A model generated the notes under the pieces. That model had not been told where the DNA came from and ran no database searches. It saw nothing but the letters and a program-made list of their open reading frames with translations. 64,000 nucleotides of DNA from an uncultured delta proteobacterium (lineage in GTDB: Bacteria; Desulfobacterota; Desulfobacteria; Desulfobacterales; UBA2156). Below are positions 1-8,804 of the stretch, in pieces; positions within the stretch are counted from its first letter, which is position 1, and each line of letters starts with the position of its first letter. The DNA is taken from positions 416,001-480,000 of the forward strand of contig CAVTQK010000015.1 of the NCBI GenBank assembly GCA_963736855.1, in the 5' to 3' direction. The translations under genes were made by a program, and so were the position numbers.

Positions 1-20
1 CCTCCGGACCGGTTCATGTA

Positions 21-710
21 TCAGTGCGCATGCTCCATGGCACCGGTAAAATACATGATGGACAAAAGAAAGAAAACAAAGGCCTGTACCAGCGCCACGA
101 AAATTCCCAGCCCCATGATGGGAAGCGGCGCAAAGAACGCCCCAGCAAGTGCAAATAAAATGGCCAGCACCAGCTCGTGTCCCATCATATTCCCGAAAAG
201 CCGGAAGGTCAGAGAAAGGATCCGGGCCAGATGGCCGATGAGTTCAATGGGGAAGATGATGGGGATCATCCACCATACCGGTCCCAAAAAATGCTTGATA
301 TACTTAGCGCCGTGATACTTAATGCCTATGATATGCGTGAAAATGACCACGGTCAGCGCACAGGAAGCCGTGGTGTTGAGGCTGGCGGTAGGCGGAAAAA
401 ATCCGGGAACTAAACCGATCAGGTTACAGGTGAAAATGTAAATGAAGACCGTAGCGATGATGGGCAAGAGCCATCGCCCCTCCTCGCCGGTGATGTCCAC
501 CATGAAGTCCTCAATGCCTGAAATAATGACCTCGAAAAAGTTTTGCCCTTTGGAAGGAATCATACTAACGCCCTTTGCCGCCAGGGCTCCGGCGATGATG
601 AGAATGGCCATCACCACCCAGGAATAGATTACGTGGGGATAGGCATGGGCGAAATGACCCAGTCCTACAGCCTCAAACAGTTTGACGAAAAAGAGATAGG
701 GATGCTCCAC
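21..710 (-). CDS. atpB: F0F1 ATP synthase subunit a
   Basis: Hydrophobic 229 aa; PTASLNTT and LSLTFRLFGNM (stator Arg), QAFVFFLLS motifs. Confidence 0.97.
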   Translation of the reverse strand: MEHPYLFFVKLFEAVGLGHFAHAYPHVIYSWVVMAILIIAGALAAKGVSMIPSKGQNFFEVIISGIEDFMVDITGEEGRWLLPIIATVFIYIFTCNLIGLVPGFFPPTASLNTTASCALTVVIFTHIIGIKYHGAKYIKHFLGPVWWMIPIIFPIELIGHLARILSLTFRLFGNMMGHELVLAILFALAGAFFAPLPIMGLGIFVALVQAFVFFLLSIMYFTGAMEHAH

Positions 711-711
711 G

Positions 712-1098
712 TTACGTTGCCTCCTTGAAAATAAGATGTTTCAGCTCCATAAGCGTTGCAAACAGGATGCTTAAAACAACCACTGAAAGCCCGAGAATCA
801 AGCCCAGCGGATCCACATACTTTCCTGAGATCAGCCAGAAGATGATCAGGCCGCTGACGGCAAACCGGGCGTAATATTTAGCAATGACGACATGGTGAGA
901 AGAAAGATGGGGGGGCGTAAGCGCGCTTTTAAGGGTGCGACAGAGCAAATGGAAATTGACCGTTACGATAAGTCCTCCCAAAATCAGGCCCAGGGCAAAG
1001 CGCGAAGATGTCAATAGGAACCCTACCATCGAAATAAGGCTCAAAAGCACCCAGTTGGAACGGGTGATACAGGTCAGAATGCGTTTTTGAATCTTCAC
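712..1098 (-). CDS. atpI: ATP synthase protein I (4-TM)
   Basis: Four hydrophobic helices directly upstream of atpB; GTG start at 1098 preceded by GAGGTG. Confidence 0.85.
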   Translation of the reverse strand: MKIQKRILTCITRSNWVLLSLISMVGFLLTSSRFALGLILGGLIVTVNFHLLCRTLKSALTPPHLSSHHVVIAKYYARFAVSGLIIFWLISGKYVDPLGLILGLSVVVLSILFATLMELKHLIFKEAT

Positions 1099-1179
1099 GG
1101 CACCTCGATGATTCTCATATATGGCCCACACAAAACCTAAGATCGATTCAACCACTCGAACCCGAAAGTCGATCTGATT

Positions 1180-1399
1180 TCATACCCGTCCGCTCTTTTT
1201 TATGGCCAATCCGATGTTTCTGAAGGCAGCCGCGATTCCCAGCCCTAGAAAAATAAGAGGTTAACCAGGGACCTGACTGAAAGCGCCGGTCGAGGTAAAC
1301 CCCGATGGTCAGCCCGATAAAGATGGACAGTGCGATTTGGAATCCCAAGCTGCTGTAATAAGCAAGATCTCTGATCCAACGCCGGGTTTCCCGCTTCAT
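1180..1399 (-). CDS. AtpZ/AtpI-family F0 accessory protein, with a frameshift near 1258
   Basis: SSLGFQIALSIFIGLTIGVYLDRRF..PWLT continues in a shifted frame as LIFLGLGIAAAFRNIGLAIKKSGRV*; one surplus base. Confidence 0.85.
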
Positions 1400-1451
1400 T
1401 TCAACGAACGGTCCTTGTGTAGGTAAAACCCCAAACCGTATAAGGCCACGG

Positions 1452-1480
1452 CTTTTACCATGGCTTCCATGTCAAGTCAA
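1452..1480 (-). promoter_or_regulatory. Possible sigma-70 promoter of the F0 operon
   Basis: TTGACT-17 bp-TAAAAG with TG at the extended -10 position, about 50 bp upstream of atpZ. Confidence 0.4.
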
Positions 1481-1535
1481 TCCCAAAATGAAAATTTTTT
1501 ATCCCCCGGCCCATTCTGCATCCTAAGCCCATCCC

Positions 1536-2336
1536 TTAGTTCCAGCCAAGGGTTTCGGCGTCAAAAACCGGCCCATCGGAGCAGACATGCAGGTATCGGT
1601 CTTTCCTTTTTCCCTCCACGGCACACCCCAGACAGGCACCGATGCCACACGCCATCAGGGCCTCGATGGAAACCTGACAGGGCGCATTTATGAGCCGTGC
1701 CATCTGCACGACGCATCTGAGCATCGCTTCGGGTCCGCAAGCATAGATGATATCCGGCGGGAAAGTCTGCGCCAGTTCCTGGACAGGGTAAGTGACCAGG
1801 CAATGATCCCCGGCGCTTCCGTCGTCCGTGGTGACGTGGAGTTTGACTCCCATCTCCTTCAACTCATCCCGGCACAGCAATTCCTCCTGGCCCCTCGCAC
1901 CGAGGAAAAAATCACAGCTTCCCGGATCCATCCCATTTTTCAGCATTGTTTCCAGAAAAAAGATCAGCGGCGCCACGCCGATGCCGCCGGCCACAATCAT
2001 GAGACGGCAAGCGTCCTTCGGCAACACGAATCCTCGACCCAGGGGGCCCACCATACGGACCATTTCCCCTTCCCGGATCCGCATCATCTTTCGGGTCATC
2101 GCCCCCACCACGCGGTATAGGATCTGAATTTTCACATCCCCTTGGCCGCTGATTTTGACTCGATGGATGGAAAAGGGCCGGGGAAGCAGGGGACTCTCTC
2201 CGTCCGGAATATGCAGCATGATAAACTGACCCGGAACGGCGCTGATATAAGAAGGATCGCATGCCAGCGTCATTTTACAGCATTCCGGACTCATCCTTTC
2301 ATGATGTAGTATGGCTGATTTTTCCAGAATCATCAC
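1536..2336 (-). CDS. pyrK: Dihydroorotate dehydrogenase electron transfer subunit
   Basis: RPFSI (FAD), AGGIGVAP (NAD), ACGP and MACGIGACLGC..VCSDGPVF 2Fe-2S motif. Confidence 0.92.
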   Translation of the reverse strand: MMILEKSAILHHERMSPECCKMTLACDPSYISAVPGQFIMLHIPDGESPLLPRPFSIHRVKISGQGDVKIQILYRVVGAMTRKMMRIREGEMVRMVGPLGRGFVLPKDACRLMIVAGGIGVAPLIFFLETMLKNGMDPGSCDFFLGARGQEELLCRDELKEMGVKLHVTTDDGSAGDHCLVTYPVQELAQTFPPDIIYACGPEAMLRCVVQMARLINAPCQVSIEALMACGIGACLGCAVEGKRKDRYLHVCSDGPVFDAETLGWN

Positions 2337-2345
2337 ATATCTTCC

Positions 2346-3122
2346 TCAAACGGTGCAAAGTTCGATGGCGCCGGCAAACCGGCCGGTGGTTTTTCTACTG
2401 CGATAAGAGAAAAACAGGTCGGTCCGGCACCGGGTGCACAAACCGCTGTTGTGTACGTTGTTTCCTGAAAGCCCTTCATCGATGAGTTGGTCCCGGGTGA
2501 TGGACCAAAAATCAAAACGGTTGCGGCTATCTTTGTAAATCCAGTAGGATGGGGGAATCTCCTCCGCATAATTCGTGAATTCGGCGCAGCAGGGCCCCAA
2601 GGAAGGACCGATACAGGCGATGAGGTTCTCCGGTCGACAGCCGAATGTACGGTTCATGGACCGCACGGTCTTTCCCACGATCCCTCGAATACTCCCCCGC
2701 CAGCCGGCATGGACGTTGGCAATCACCGGATGCACCGGGTCGTATATGAAAATCGACTGGCAGTCAGCCACTTGGATCACAAGGATCATTCCCGGAATAT
2801 CGGTGATGGCTGCATCCGCCCGGGGAATTATCGGGTTTCCCCATGACGAGGCTGCCTTTCCGGCCGGGAGCATCCAAATCGCATCGCCGTGGATCTGGTC
2901 CATGAAAACCGCCTCGCCACCTCCGGCGCATTCCAGAATTTTCCCCCGGTTTTTCACAATCTTCAGCGGGTCATCTCCCAGTCCGACGCTCATATTCAAA
3001 CTGTCGAAAGGAGAGTCGCTGAATCCTCCATGACGGGTAAAAACCGCATGGAAAAGGCCTGGTTGGGCGACCAGCGCCGGAAATTGGAGAAAGAGGACCC
3101 CGCTTTTTTCCGAAAAAATCAC
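2346..3122 (-). CDS. pgeF: Peptidoglycan editing factor / YfiH-family purine nucleoside phosphorylase
   Basis: [30 protein letters not shown] motifs. Confidence 0.93.
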   Translation of the reverse strand: MIFSEKSGVLFLQFPALVAQPGLFHAVFTRHGGFSDSPFDSLNMSVGLGDDPLKIVKNRGKILECAGGGEAVFMDQIHGDAIWMLPAGKAASSWGNPIIPRADAAITDIPGMILVIQVADCQSIFIYDPVHPVIANVHAGWRGSIRGIVGKTVRSMNRTFGCRPENLIACIGPSLGPCCAEFTNYAEEIPPSYWIYKDSRNRFDFWSITRDQLIDEGLSGNNVHNSGLCTRCRTDLFFSYRSRKTTGRFAGAIELCTV

Positions 3123-3625
3123 GCTGAGTATGCTTTGAGGATCTTTTCGATGAGTCTTGTTGTGGAAATGCCCTCGACAACGGGGATCCTCACCACCCGT
3201 CCCCCGCGACCCTGAACCAGATCCGCCCCCACGATTTGAGATGCCTCCCAGTCGGCTCCTTTTACCAGAACATCCGGGGCCACCTCTTCAATGAGGTTCA
3301 AAGGGTCCGGTTCTTCGAAGACCGTGATGTAATTGACGCATGCCAGGGCGGCAAGGACTTCGGCCCGGTCTTTTTCGGAATTGATTGGTCGGTCGTCTCC
3401 CTTGATGCTCCGGACGGACGCATCCGAGTTGAGCCCTACCAAAAGGACCTCTCCCAGCGTTTTTGCGGCTTTCAGGTAACGAACATGCCCCACATGGAGG
3501 ATGTCGAAGCAACCATTGGTAAAGACGATCCGCTCCCCGCGACTTCGATGAACCTTCAGGGCTTTTTTCAGGGCGACCCGGTCGATAAGCTTCATTTCGA
3601 CCGTCATGACTGCCTCTCCTTTCAC
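3119..3625 (-). CDS. rfaE2: D-glycero-beta-D-manno-heptose 1-phosphate adenylyltransferase
   Basis: [35 protein letters not shown]. Confidence 0.95.
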   Translation of the reverse strand: MKGEAVMTVEMKLIDRVALKKALKVHRSRGERIVFTNGCFDILHVGHVRYLKAAKTLGEVLLVGLNSDASVRSIKGDDRPINSEKDRAEVLAALACVNYITVFEEPDPLNLIEEVAPDVLVKGADWEASQIVGADLVQGRGGRVVRIPVVEGISTTRLIEKILKAYSA

Positions 3626-3632
3626 AGGCTCC

Positions 3633-4547
3633 TCACAGAGTCCGGGCCAGGGTCAGGACATCCACCTTGAAGGCTCCGGCCTCTGTCAGTGCCGTAGCAC
3701 ACGCCTCGGCGGTGGCTCCGGTGGTGTGAACGTCATCCACGAGCAGGATCCTTTTCCCCGCTACTAAAGAAGGTTTCTTCACGGCAAAGGCACCCTGGAT
3801 CGCTGCCCTTCGCTCCTTCCGATTCAACCCGGTTTGGGGTCGCTCCCAGCGGGTCCTGATCAGGATATCTCCCGAAATCCTGTAGGCAAATTCCGGCTTA
3901 CCGTATATGAGGGAATACCGGGGCCAGTTCTTCACCAGGAGATATGCCTGATTGAATCCTCTGCTTTTCAATCGCCGGCGATGAAGGGGCACAGGGATGA
4001 CGACGTCCACAGGATCCTCATTCCATATCCGGTAAAAGAGGATAAACATCAACATCCCGAAGGGGTGCGCCAGTTGGATTTTACCTTCGTACTTGAGCCG
4101 GTGCACCGCCGTCATCATGCCTTGCTCATAAACCCCCACGGCCCTGGCCTTACCGAACGCCCGCAACTCAGCGTCGCACTTTGGACAAAGATGGTCAGTT
4201 CCCTGACGACCGATGAACATTACCCCGCAGACCGGGCACAGCGGGGAAAGGATTGGAACAAATCCCGTCACGCACGCCGGACATGTGCATCGGGACAAGA
4301 GTCGATTCATCACCTGCTCAAAAGAGGCCTTAAACAGATCTTCTTCGGTCATCCAATCGATGAAATCCGTGTCATCACCGTTTGTCCCGGCATTATATAG
4401 AATCCCGCAGATCAGGCACCGGGAAGGAAAAAGAACGTCTCTAAACGGTGTCATCCACCTGCGGGTGACCCTTTTAAAAAAAAGGAGAGGCTTCTTGGAA
4501 AGAAAGGAGGAGGCATCCACCTCCTTTATCCGGTTGCCGTTGATCAT
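3633..4547 (-). CDS. comF: ComF family protein (zinc ribbon + PRTase domain)
   Basis: CxxC pairs, [23 protein letters not shown]; start at 4547 gives an ATGA overlap with the rlmB stop. Confidence 0.9.
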   Translation of the reverse strand: MINGNRIKEVDASSFLSKKPLLFFKRVTRRWMTPFRDVLFPSRCLICGILYNAGTNGDDTDFIDWMTEEDLFKASFEQVMNRLLSRCTCPACVTGFVPILSPLCPVCGVMFIGRQGTDHLCPKCDAELRAFGKARAVGVYEQGMMTAVHRLKYEGKIQLAHPFGMLMFILFYRIWNEDPVDVVIPVPLHRRRLKSRGFNQAYLLVKNWPRYSLIYGKPEFAYRISGDILIRTRWERPQTGLNRKERRAAIQGAFAVKKPSLVAGKRILLVDDVHTTGATAEACATALTEAGAFKVDVLTLARTL

Positions 4548-5317
4548 ACGCCGGCTTGGATCCTTGCCCGGAAAACCGTGTACATGGCAATCCCTCCTGC
4601 CACCGATACGTTTAAGGAGTTCAGCCTTCCCCTCTGGGGGATTGAAACCAGTGCATCGCAATGTTGCTTCACCAGGGAACGGATCCCCTTCTCTTCGCCT
4701 CCCACCACCAAGGCGACGGGGCCGTCCAGGTCAACGGAAAAAAGGGGAGTTTTCGCTTCAGGATCGAGGCCGTATACCCAGATTCCCTTTTCCTGAAACC
4801 GTTGGATGGCGCGTACCAGGTTGGTGACCCGGGCCATTCGAATATGTTCCAGGGCCCCGGCCGAAGCCCGGGACACCGCCGCCGTCGGCGGCGCACACCG
4901 GTCCTTGGGAACCACAATACCCGAAACACCCATGCACACACCGGTTCGAACCAAGGCACCCAAATTCCCGGGATCCATCACGCCGTCTGCAACCAGCAGA
5001 AACGGGAGTTCCCCGCCGGGATCGGCCTCCATAAGCATATCGTTGATTTCCATCACCGGATATGGGCCGACCTTTGCGGCGATTCCCTGGGTGAAATGGC
5101 TTCCGGCTATGCGGTTTACTTTCGTAAGGGGCATTTCCACCAACGGGATCCTTCCCGCCTCAGCCTTTTCCCGAATAGACGTTTCCCATAAGACCTTCTT
5201 CCCTGCCGCAATATAGATATTAAAAAACCGGCGTCGCTTTGCAGCCAGGGCCTCGGTGACGGGATGGATCCCATATAGCACCTCGGTTTGTGCTGTCTGT
5301 TTTCGATTGTCCGTCAT
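4544..5317 (-). CDS. rlmB: 23S rRNA (guanosine-2251-2'-O)-methyltransferase
   Basis: YGIHPV, DPGNLGALVR, GGEEKG, SLNVSVA SPOUT motifs. Confidence 0.93.
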   Translation of the reverse strand: MTDNRKQTAQTEVLYGIHPVTEALAAKRRRFFNIYIAAGKKVLWETSIREKAEAGRIPLVEMPLTKVNRIAGSHFTQGIAAKVGPYPVMEINDMLMEADPGGELPFLLVADGVMDPGNLGALVRTGVCMGVSGIVVPKDRCAPPTAAVSRASAGALEHIRMARVTNLVRAIQRFQEKGIWVYGLDPEAKTPLFSVDLDGPVALVVGGEEKGIRSLVKQHCDALVSIPQRGRLNSLNVSVAGGIAMYTVFRARIQAGV

Positions 5318-5348
5318 ATCCTATTGCCGGAAGAATCGTGTGGATCTT

Positions 5349-5933
5349 TTATGTGCAGGGCTTCTTGCATCGGGTACGGTACCCTTGGATGAGATCCGTC
5401 AGTTCCGAAACGGCGTCTTCCAACCGATCGTTGATGACCACATGGCGGTACATCTGAATTTGGGTAATCTCTGTTCGGGCATCGTCCATGCGTCTTTCAA
5501 GGGATGCTCCGGTTTCCGAGCCCCTTTTCTCAAGCCGCTCCCTGAGCATCCCCAGAGAGGGTGGCATGATGAAAATGGAGATGCACTCTGTGAATCTTTC
5601 CAGGATCTGGCGGGTCCCCTGGATGTCGATATCGAGCAACACGTCGTTCCCCCGGCTCAGTTCCCGGTCCAGAAACGCAGCACTCGTCCCATAGTAATTC
5701 CCATGCACCCGCGCCCACTCGATCCAGTCTCCCGATTCGATGCCGGTTTTGAATGCCGCCTCGGTAATAAAAAAATAGTCCCGGCCGTTTTGTTCCCCCT
5801 CCCTGGGCTTTCGGGTCGTGTAGGAAACGGAATACACCATGTCGGGAAAGCGCTTTAGGATCTCTTGTCCCAATGTGGTCTTTCCGCTTCCGGAAGGCCC
5901 CGACAGGATGAAAAGGCACCCGGAACGTTTCAT
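5349..5933 (-). CDS. gmk: Guanylate kinase
   Basis: GPSGSGKTT, SYTTRKPREGE, NYYGT, LDIDIQG. Confidence 0.97.
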   Translation of the reverse strand: MKRSGCLFILSGPSGSGKTTLGQEILKRFPDMVYSVSYTTRKPREGEQNGRDYFFITEAAFKTGIESGDWIEWARVHGNYYGTSAAFLDRELSRGNDVLLDIDIQGTRQILERFTECISIFIMPPSLGMLRERLEKRGSETGASLERRMDDARTEITQIQMYRHVVINDRLEDAVSELTDLIQGYRTRCKKPCT

Positions 5934-5963
5934 GGGACATCTCTCACAAGCGTCCTGCAGAGT

Positions 5964-6224
5964 CTAAGCCTCCTGGGATTCTTTCAGGGTGGCATAACGC
6001 TGGGAAATGGTTTCCGCCTGGATCGCGGACAGGATGACGTGATTGCTGTCCATGATGATGACGGAACGGGTCTTCCGGCCGTGAGTCGCATCCACCAGGC
6101 GCTTTTCCTTCCTGGCTTCGTCCTTGAGGCGTTTCATGGGAGCGGAGTTGGGAGAAACGATCGCCACCACCCGCTCGGCCACCACCGTCCCACCAAAACC
6201 GATGTTCAATAATGTCTGCTCCAT
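5964..6224 (-). CDS. remA: DUF370 / RemA family protein
   Basis: [27 protein letters not shown]; conserved position between yloC and gmk. Confidence 0.92.
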   Translation of the reverse strand: MEQTLLNIGFGGTVVAERVVAIVSPNSAPMKRLKDEARKEKRLVDATHGRKTRSVIIMDSNHVILSAIQAETISQRYATLKESQEA

Positions 6225-6273
6225 AGGATCTCCTTCAGGACTGGTTCCTAAACAGGTCTAAGGAGGATTCGTC

Positions 6274-7155
6274 TCATTCGATATTCAGAATCTGTTCCCG
6301 CATTTTTTCCAGCTCCGACTTGACTTCCACCACTACCTGGGAAACGATGGCATTTTCCGCTTTAGCTCCTATAGTGTTAAACTCCCGGTTGATCTCTTGC
6401 AATAAAAAATTTAGCTTTTTTCCGGCCGGCTCCGGGGAATCCGTTATATGCCGAAACTGGGACAGGTGGCTTTTCGCCCGGGTGATTTCTTCCGTGATGT
6501 CCCGTTTGACGGCAACCATTGCTGCTTCCTGGGCGATGCGGCCCGGATCGAGGTCCATCTTACTGGAAATCAATGCCGATATCCGTTCCTCGAGACGAAG
6601 CCGACACTCGGCCGGGGCATCCTTCGTCTCTCTTTCTACATTCGTAAGGTGCCCTTCGATCTGTTCAAGGCGCATGGTGAAATCATTGCGTAGGGCTTGC
6701 CCTTCTGCGGTTCGCATCACTTCCAGGTCGTTTAGTGCCGCCGCCAGGCACGATTGGACGCTTTGCCAGCAATATTCAACGTCTTTTTCCTTTGCCTTTA
6801 ATTGGATCACTCCGGGAGCGTTGGCGACCAGATCCAAAGAGACTTCCCCGGGAATCCCGAATTCCTCTTTCAAATGAGCCAAAGCGGCATAGAAAGACCG
6901 TGCCCTGGCATGGTCCACCTGGAAGTCAACGGTCGGTTCGGACGGCTCCTGGATCGAAAGGAAGATCTCCAGCCGTCCCCGGCTGATCCATCGAGCCACT
7001 TCCTTTTTGATCCGATCTTCCAGTTCCAGGTAATCGCGGGGCATCCGTAACGCAATGTCGAGAAAACGGCTGTTGTAAGAACGGATCTCGATCGTGATTT
7101 CCATCGAATTGTCCATGCGTTTTGCTCGTGTAAAAGCGGTCATGCTTTTAACCAT
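6274..7155 (-). CDS. yicC: YicC/YloC family endoribonuclease
   Basis: MVKSMTAF start, NSRFLD, DITEEITR, GKKLNFLLQEINREFNTIGAK, EKMREQILNIE. Confidence 0.95.
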   Translation of the reverse strand: MVKSMTAFTRAKRMDNSMEITIEIRSYNSRFLDIALRMPRDYLELEDRIKKEVARWISRGRLEIFLSIQEPSEPTVDFQVDHARARSFYAALAHLKEEFGIPGEVSLDLVANAPGVIQLKAKEKDVEYCWQSVQSCLAAALNDLEVMRTAEGQALRNDFTMRLEQIEGHLTNVERETKDAPAECRLRLEERISALISSKMDLDPGRIAQEAAMVAVKRDITEEITRAKSHLSQFRHITDSPEPAGKKLNFLLQEINREFNTIGAKAENAIVSQVVVEVKSELEKMREQILNIE

Positions 7156-7717
7156 GTGAAATTGCCTTTCCAATCTCCGTCGGAGGTGCACCAGCTCTTG
7201 CCAGATCCTTGACATACTTATCGCGGACTCGCTTCAGGTATCGCAGCATATCCGATCGGCAATAGTCCGGGTATGTCCATGGCAGCTTTTGGAATACCCC
7301 ATTTTGGAAAAGGAGAGTCAAATCGGCGTAAATACCCTGTCCTATGTAGATCCGGTGAGAAAAGTTTTTTCCGGTGGCCACAACGACATGCTCCCGCGAC
7401 ACATACCCGGGGTCCAAATTCACCCGACGCTTCCCATCTAGTGCGAATCGGCTCTCCAGGGTATTGGTTTCGACCTTGATGGCTGTCAGATCATCCCGCC
7501 GGATTAAGAGTTCAAAGGCCATCATCCTTCGAAGGAGGGGGGTCCCCATTTCCGATTCATAATAATCGGTCAGGTCAAAGGGAAACCACCGGCTGACCAT
7601 GTCCACGGAACCGTAGCGGTCCGCGAGCATGCGGACTGCCGATGGAAACAGCGACTTGTCTTTTAAAAAAATCCCGATAATCAGCTTGACCGGTTTGGGT
7701 ATGTGCAAAAGACTCAC
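7148..7717 (-). CDS. DUF4416 family protein
   Basis: TDYYESEMG, RRVNLDPGY, KNFSHRIY, LPWTYPDY. Confidence 0.88.
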   Translation of the reverse strand: MSLLHIPKPVKLIIGIFLKDKSLFPSAVRMLADRYGSVDMVSRWFPFDLTDYYESEMGTPLLRRMMAFELLIRRDDLTAIKVETNTLESRFALDGKRRVNLDPGYVSREHVVVATGKNFSHRIYIGQGIYADLTLLFQNGVFQKLPWTYPDYCRSDMLRYLKRVRDKYVKDLARAGAPPTEIGKAISHG

Positions 7718-7747
7718 GGGCTATTCGCTTGTTTTAAAAAGGATTTA

Positions 7748-7810
7748 TACAGGTACGCCGTCATGACGAAGGGTGCGGCGCCCAGCAGATGGACATTTTA
7801 CGAAGCCAAT
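7748..7810. repeat. Half copy of a dispersed REP/MITE-like element
   Basis: Minus strand reads TTGGCTTCGTAAAATGTCCATCTGC...CTTCGTCATGACGGCGTACCTGTA, resembling from memory a palindromic repeat common in Desulfobacterota; only one copy in this window. Confidence 0.45.
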
Positions 7811-7883
7811 AAACCCTGTTGTTGCAAAAGCCAACTCCGCAGTCCAATTACAGCGGGACAGGTAATCTGCTTGCTTAAACGGT

Positions 7884-8054
7884 TCAAGAGATGCGTTTGG
7901 CTTCGTCGATGAGCATGATGGGAATGTCGTCCTTGATTTCGTACAGCAGCTTGCACCGGTCACAGATCAGCCCGTCTTTTGTGTCGTTAAGATGGATATT
8001 CCCCTTGCATTTGGGACAGGCCAGGATATCTAAAAGCTCCTGACTTATGGCCAT
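7884..8054 (-). CDS. Trm112/YcaR family protein (56 aa, absent from the ORF track)
   Basis: MAISQELLDILACPKCKG...LICDRCKLLYEIKDDIPIMLIDEA; AGGAGG RBS. Confidence 0.93.
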   Translation of the reverse strand: MAISQELLDILACPKCKGNIHLNDTKDGLICDRCKLLYEIKDDIPIMLIDEAKRIS

Positions 8055-8392
8055 TTTTCCTCCTTTAAGGTATAGGTGTCCAGTTTACATGGTTCTATAA
8101 CCGTGGGTGGTTTGCCAAAACAATCAAATATAATGGATATTAATAACCTCGATATCAAAAAAGTCGTCTATTTGTAAAGAAACGAGTTGCAGGGACATTA
8201 ATTATAGTTCGCTTCATGTGACTTAAAAGCGTTCCCCGTCGCCCACGCCCCGTCAATACCGGTGATTCCCACACTTCAGGGAACCGCTGGTATCCTCACT
8301 CAATGTTTAGGTTTCCGATCCTGCCCGCCCCTCCGATATTACATCCATACAAATACCGGCTAAAGACCCATCGATGATGCATGCTCAAATCA

Positions 8393-8467
8393 GTTGAAAT
8401 TTCAACAAGATGGCGTTGCACTTTGCATTTGACAATGCTTTCCCCTTCGGATAATTGAAAATTCACA
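8393..8467 (+). promoter_or_regulatory. Candidate promoter flanked by two TGAA-N2-TTCA operator-like sites
   Basis: Perfect palindrome GTTGAAATTTCAAC (8393-8406), TTGACA at 8429 with GATAAT at 8450 (15-bp spacer), second site ATTGAAAATTCACA (8454-8467). Confidence 0.4.
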
Positions 8468-8502
8468 ACCTAAGATAATCTGGGCGCTTTCATATTTTGG
8501 GC

Positions 8503-8700
8503 ATGGATGATGGAAAAATACAAGTCCATCCTTCCACTCAATTTCGTCATCCAAAAGCGCATGATCGTCAACGTGGACAGTTTGCGCTTCTTCATACCGC
8601 CGGTATGTTCATCATCGCCATGTGGATGGGGGTTTTTTGGCGGATTGGCCTTGTGGATCGCGAAGAGCGGCATCAGCGAAAAAAGACTGGAGAACCATGA
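8503..8700 (+). CDS. Possible small single-pass membrane protein
   Basis: 65 aa with hydrophobic FALLHTAGMFIIAMWMGVFWRIGLV and a charged tail; no clear RBS. Confidence 0.3.
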   Translation: MDDGKIQVHPSTQFRHPKAHDRQRGQFALLHTAGMFIIAMWMGVFWRIGLVDREERHQRKKTGEP

Positions 8701-8804
8701 TTGAAAGGGATGGCTGATAGCTGGACCGGATGGATGCCTTGAGCTATGCTGCTCCGACTTTTTCCATCTGAACCCCTACTTTTTCCAATCGGATAAGACA
8801 ATCC

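Noticed and set aside
8228..8288. AGCGTTCCC...GGGAACCGCT pairing as a cobalamin riboswitch or tRNA remnant
   Set aside because: No B12 box or cloverleaf could be built; only one short helix
8411..8426. TGGCGTTGCACTTTGC as a second sigma-54 promoter
   Set aside because: Spacing is GG-N11-GC; sigma-54 requires N10
8393..8468. Rex operator
   Set aside because: Rex boxes are TGTGAA-N4-TTCACA; these sites have a 2-bp centre
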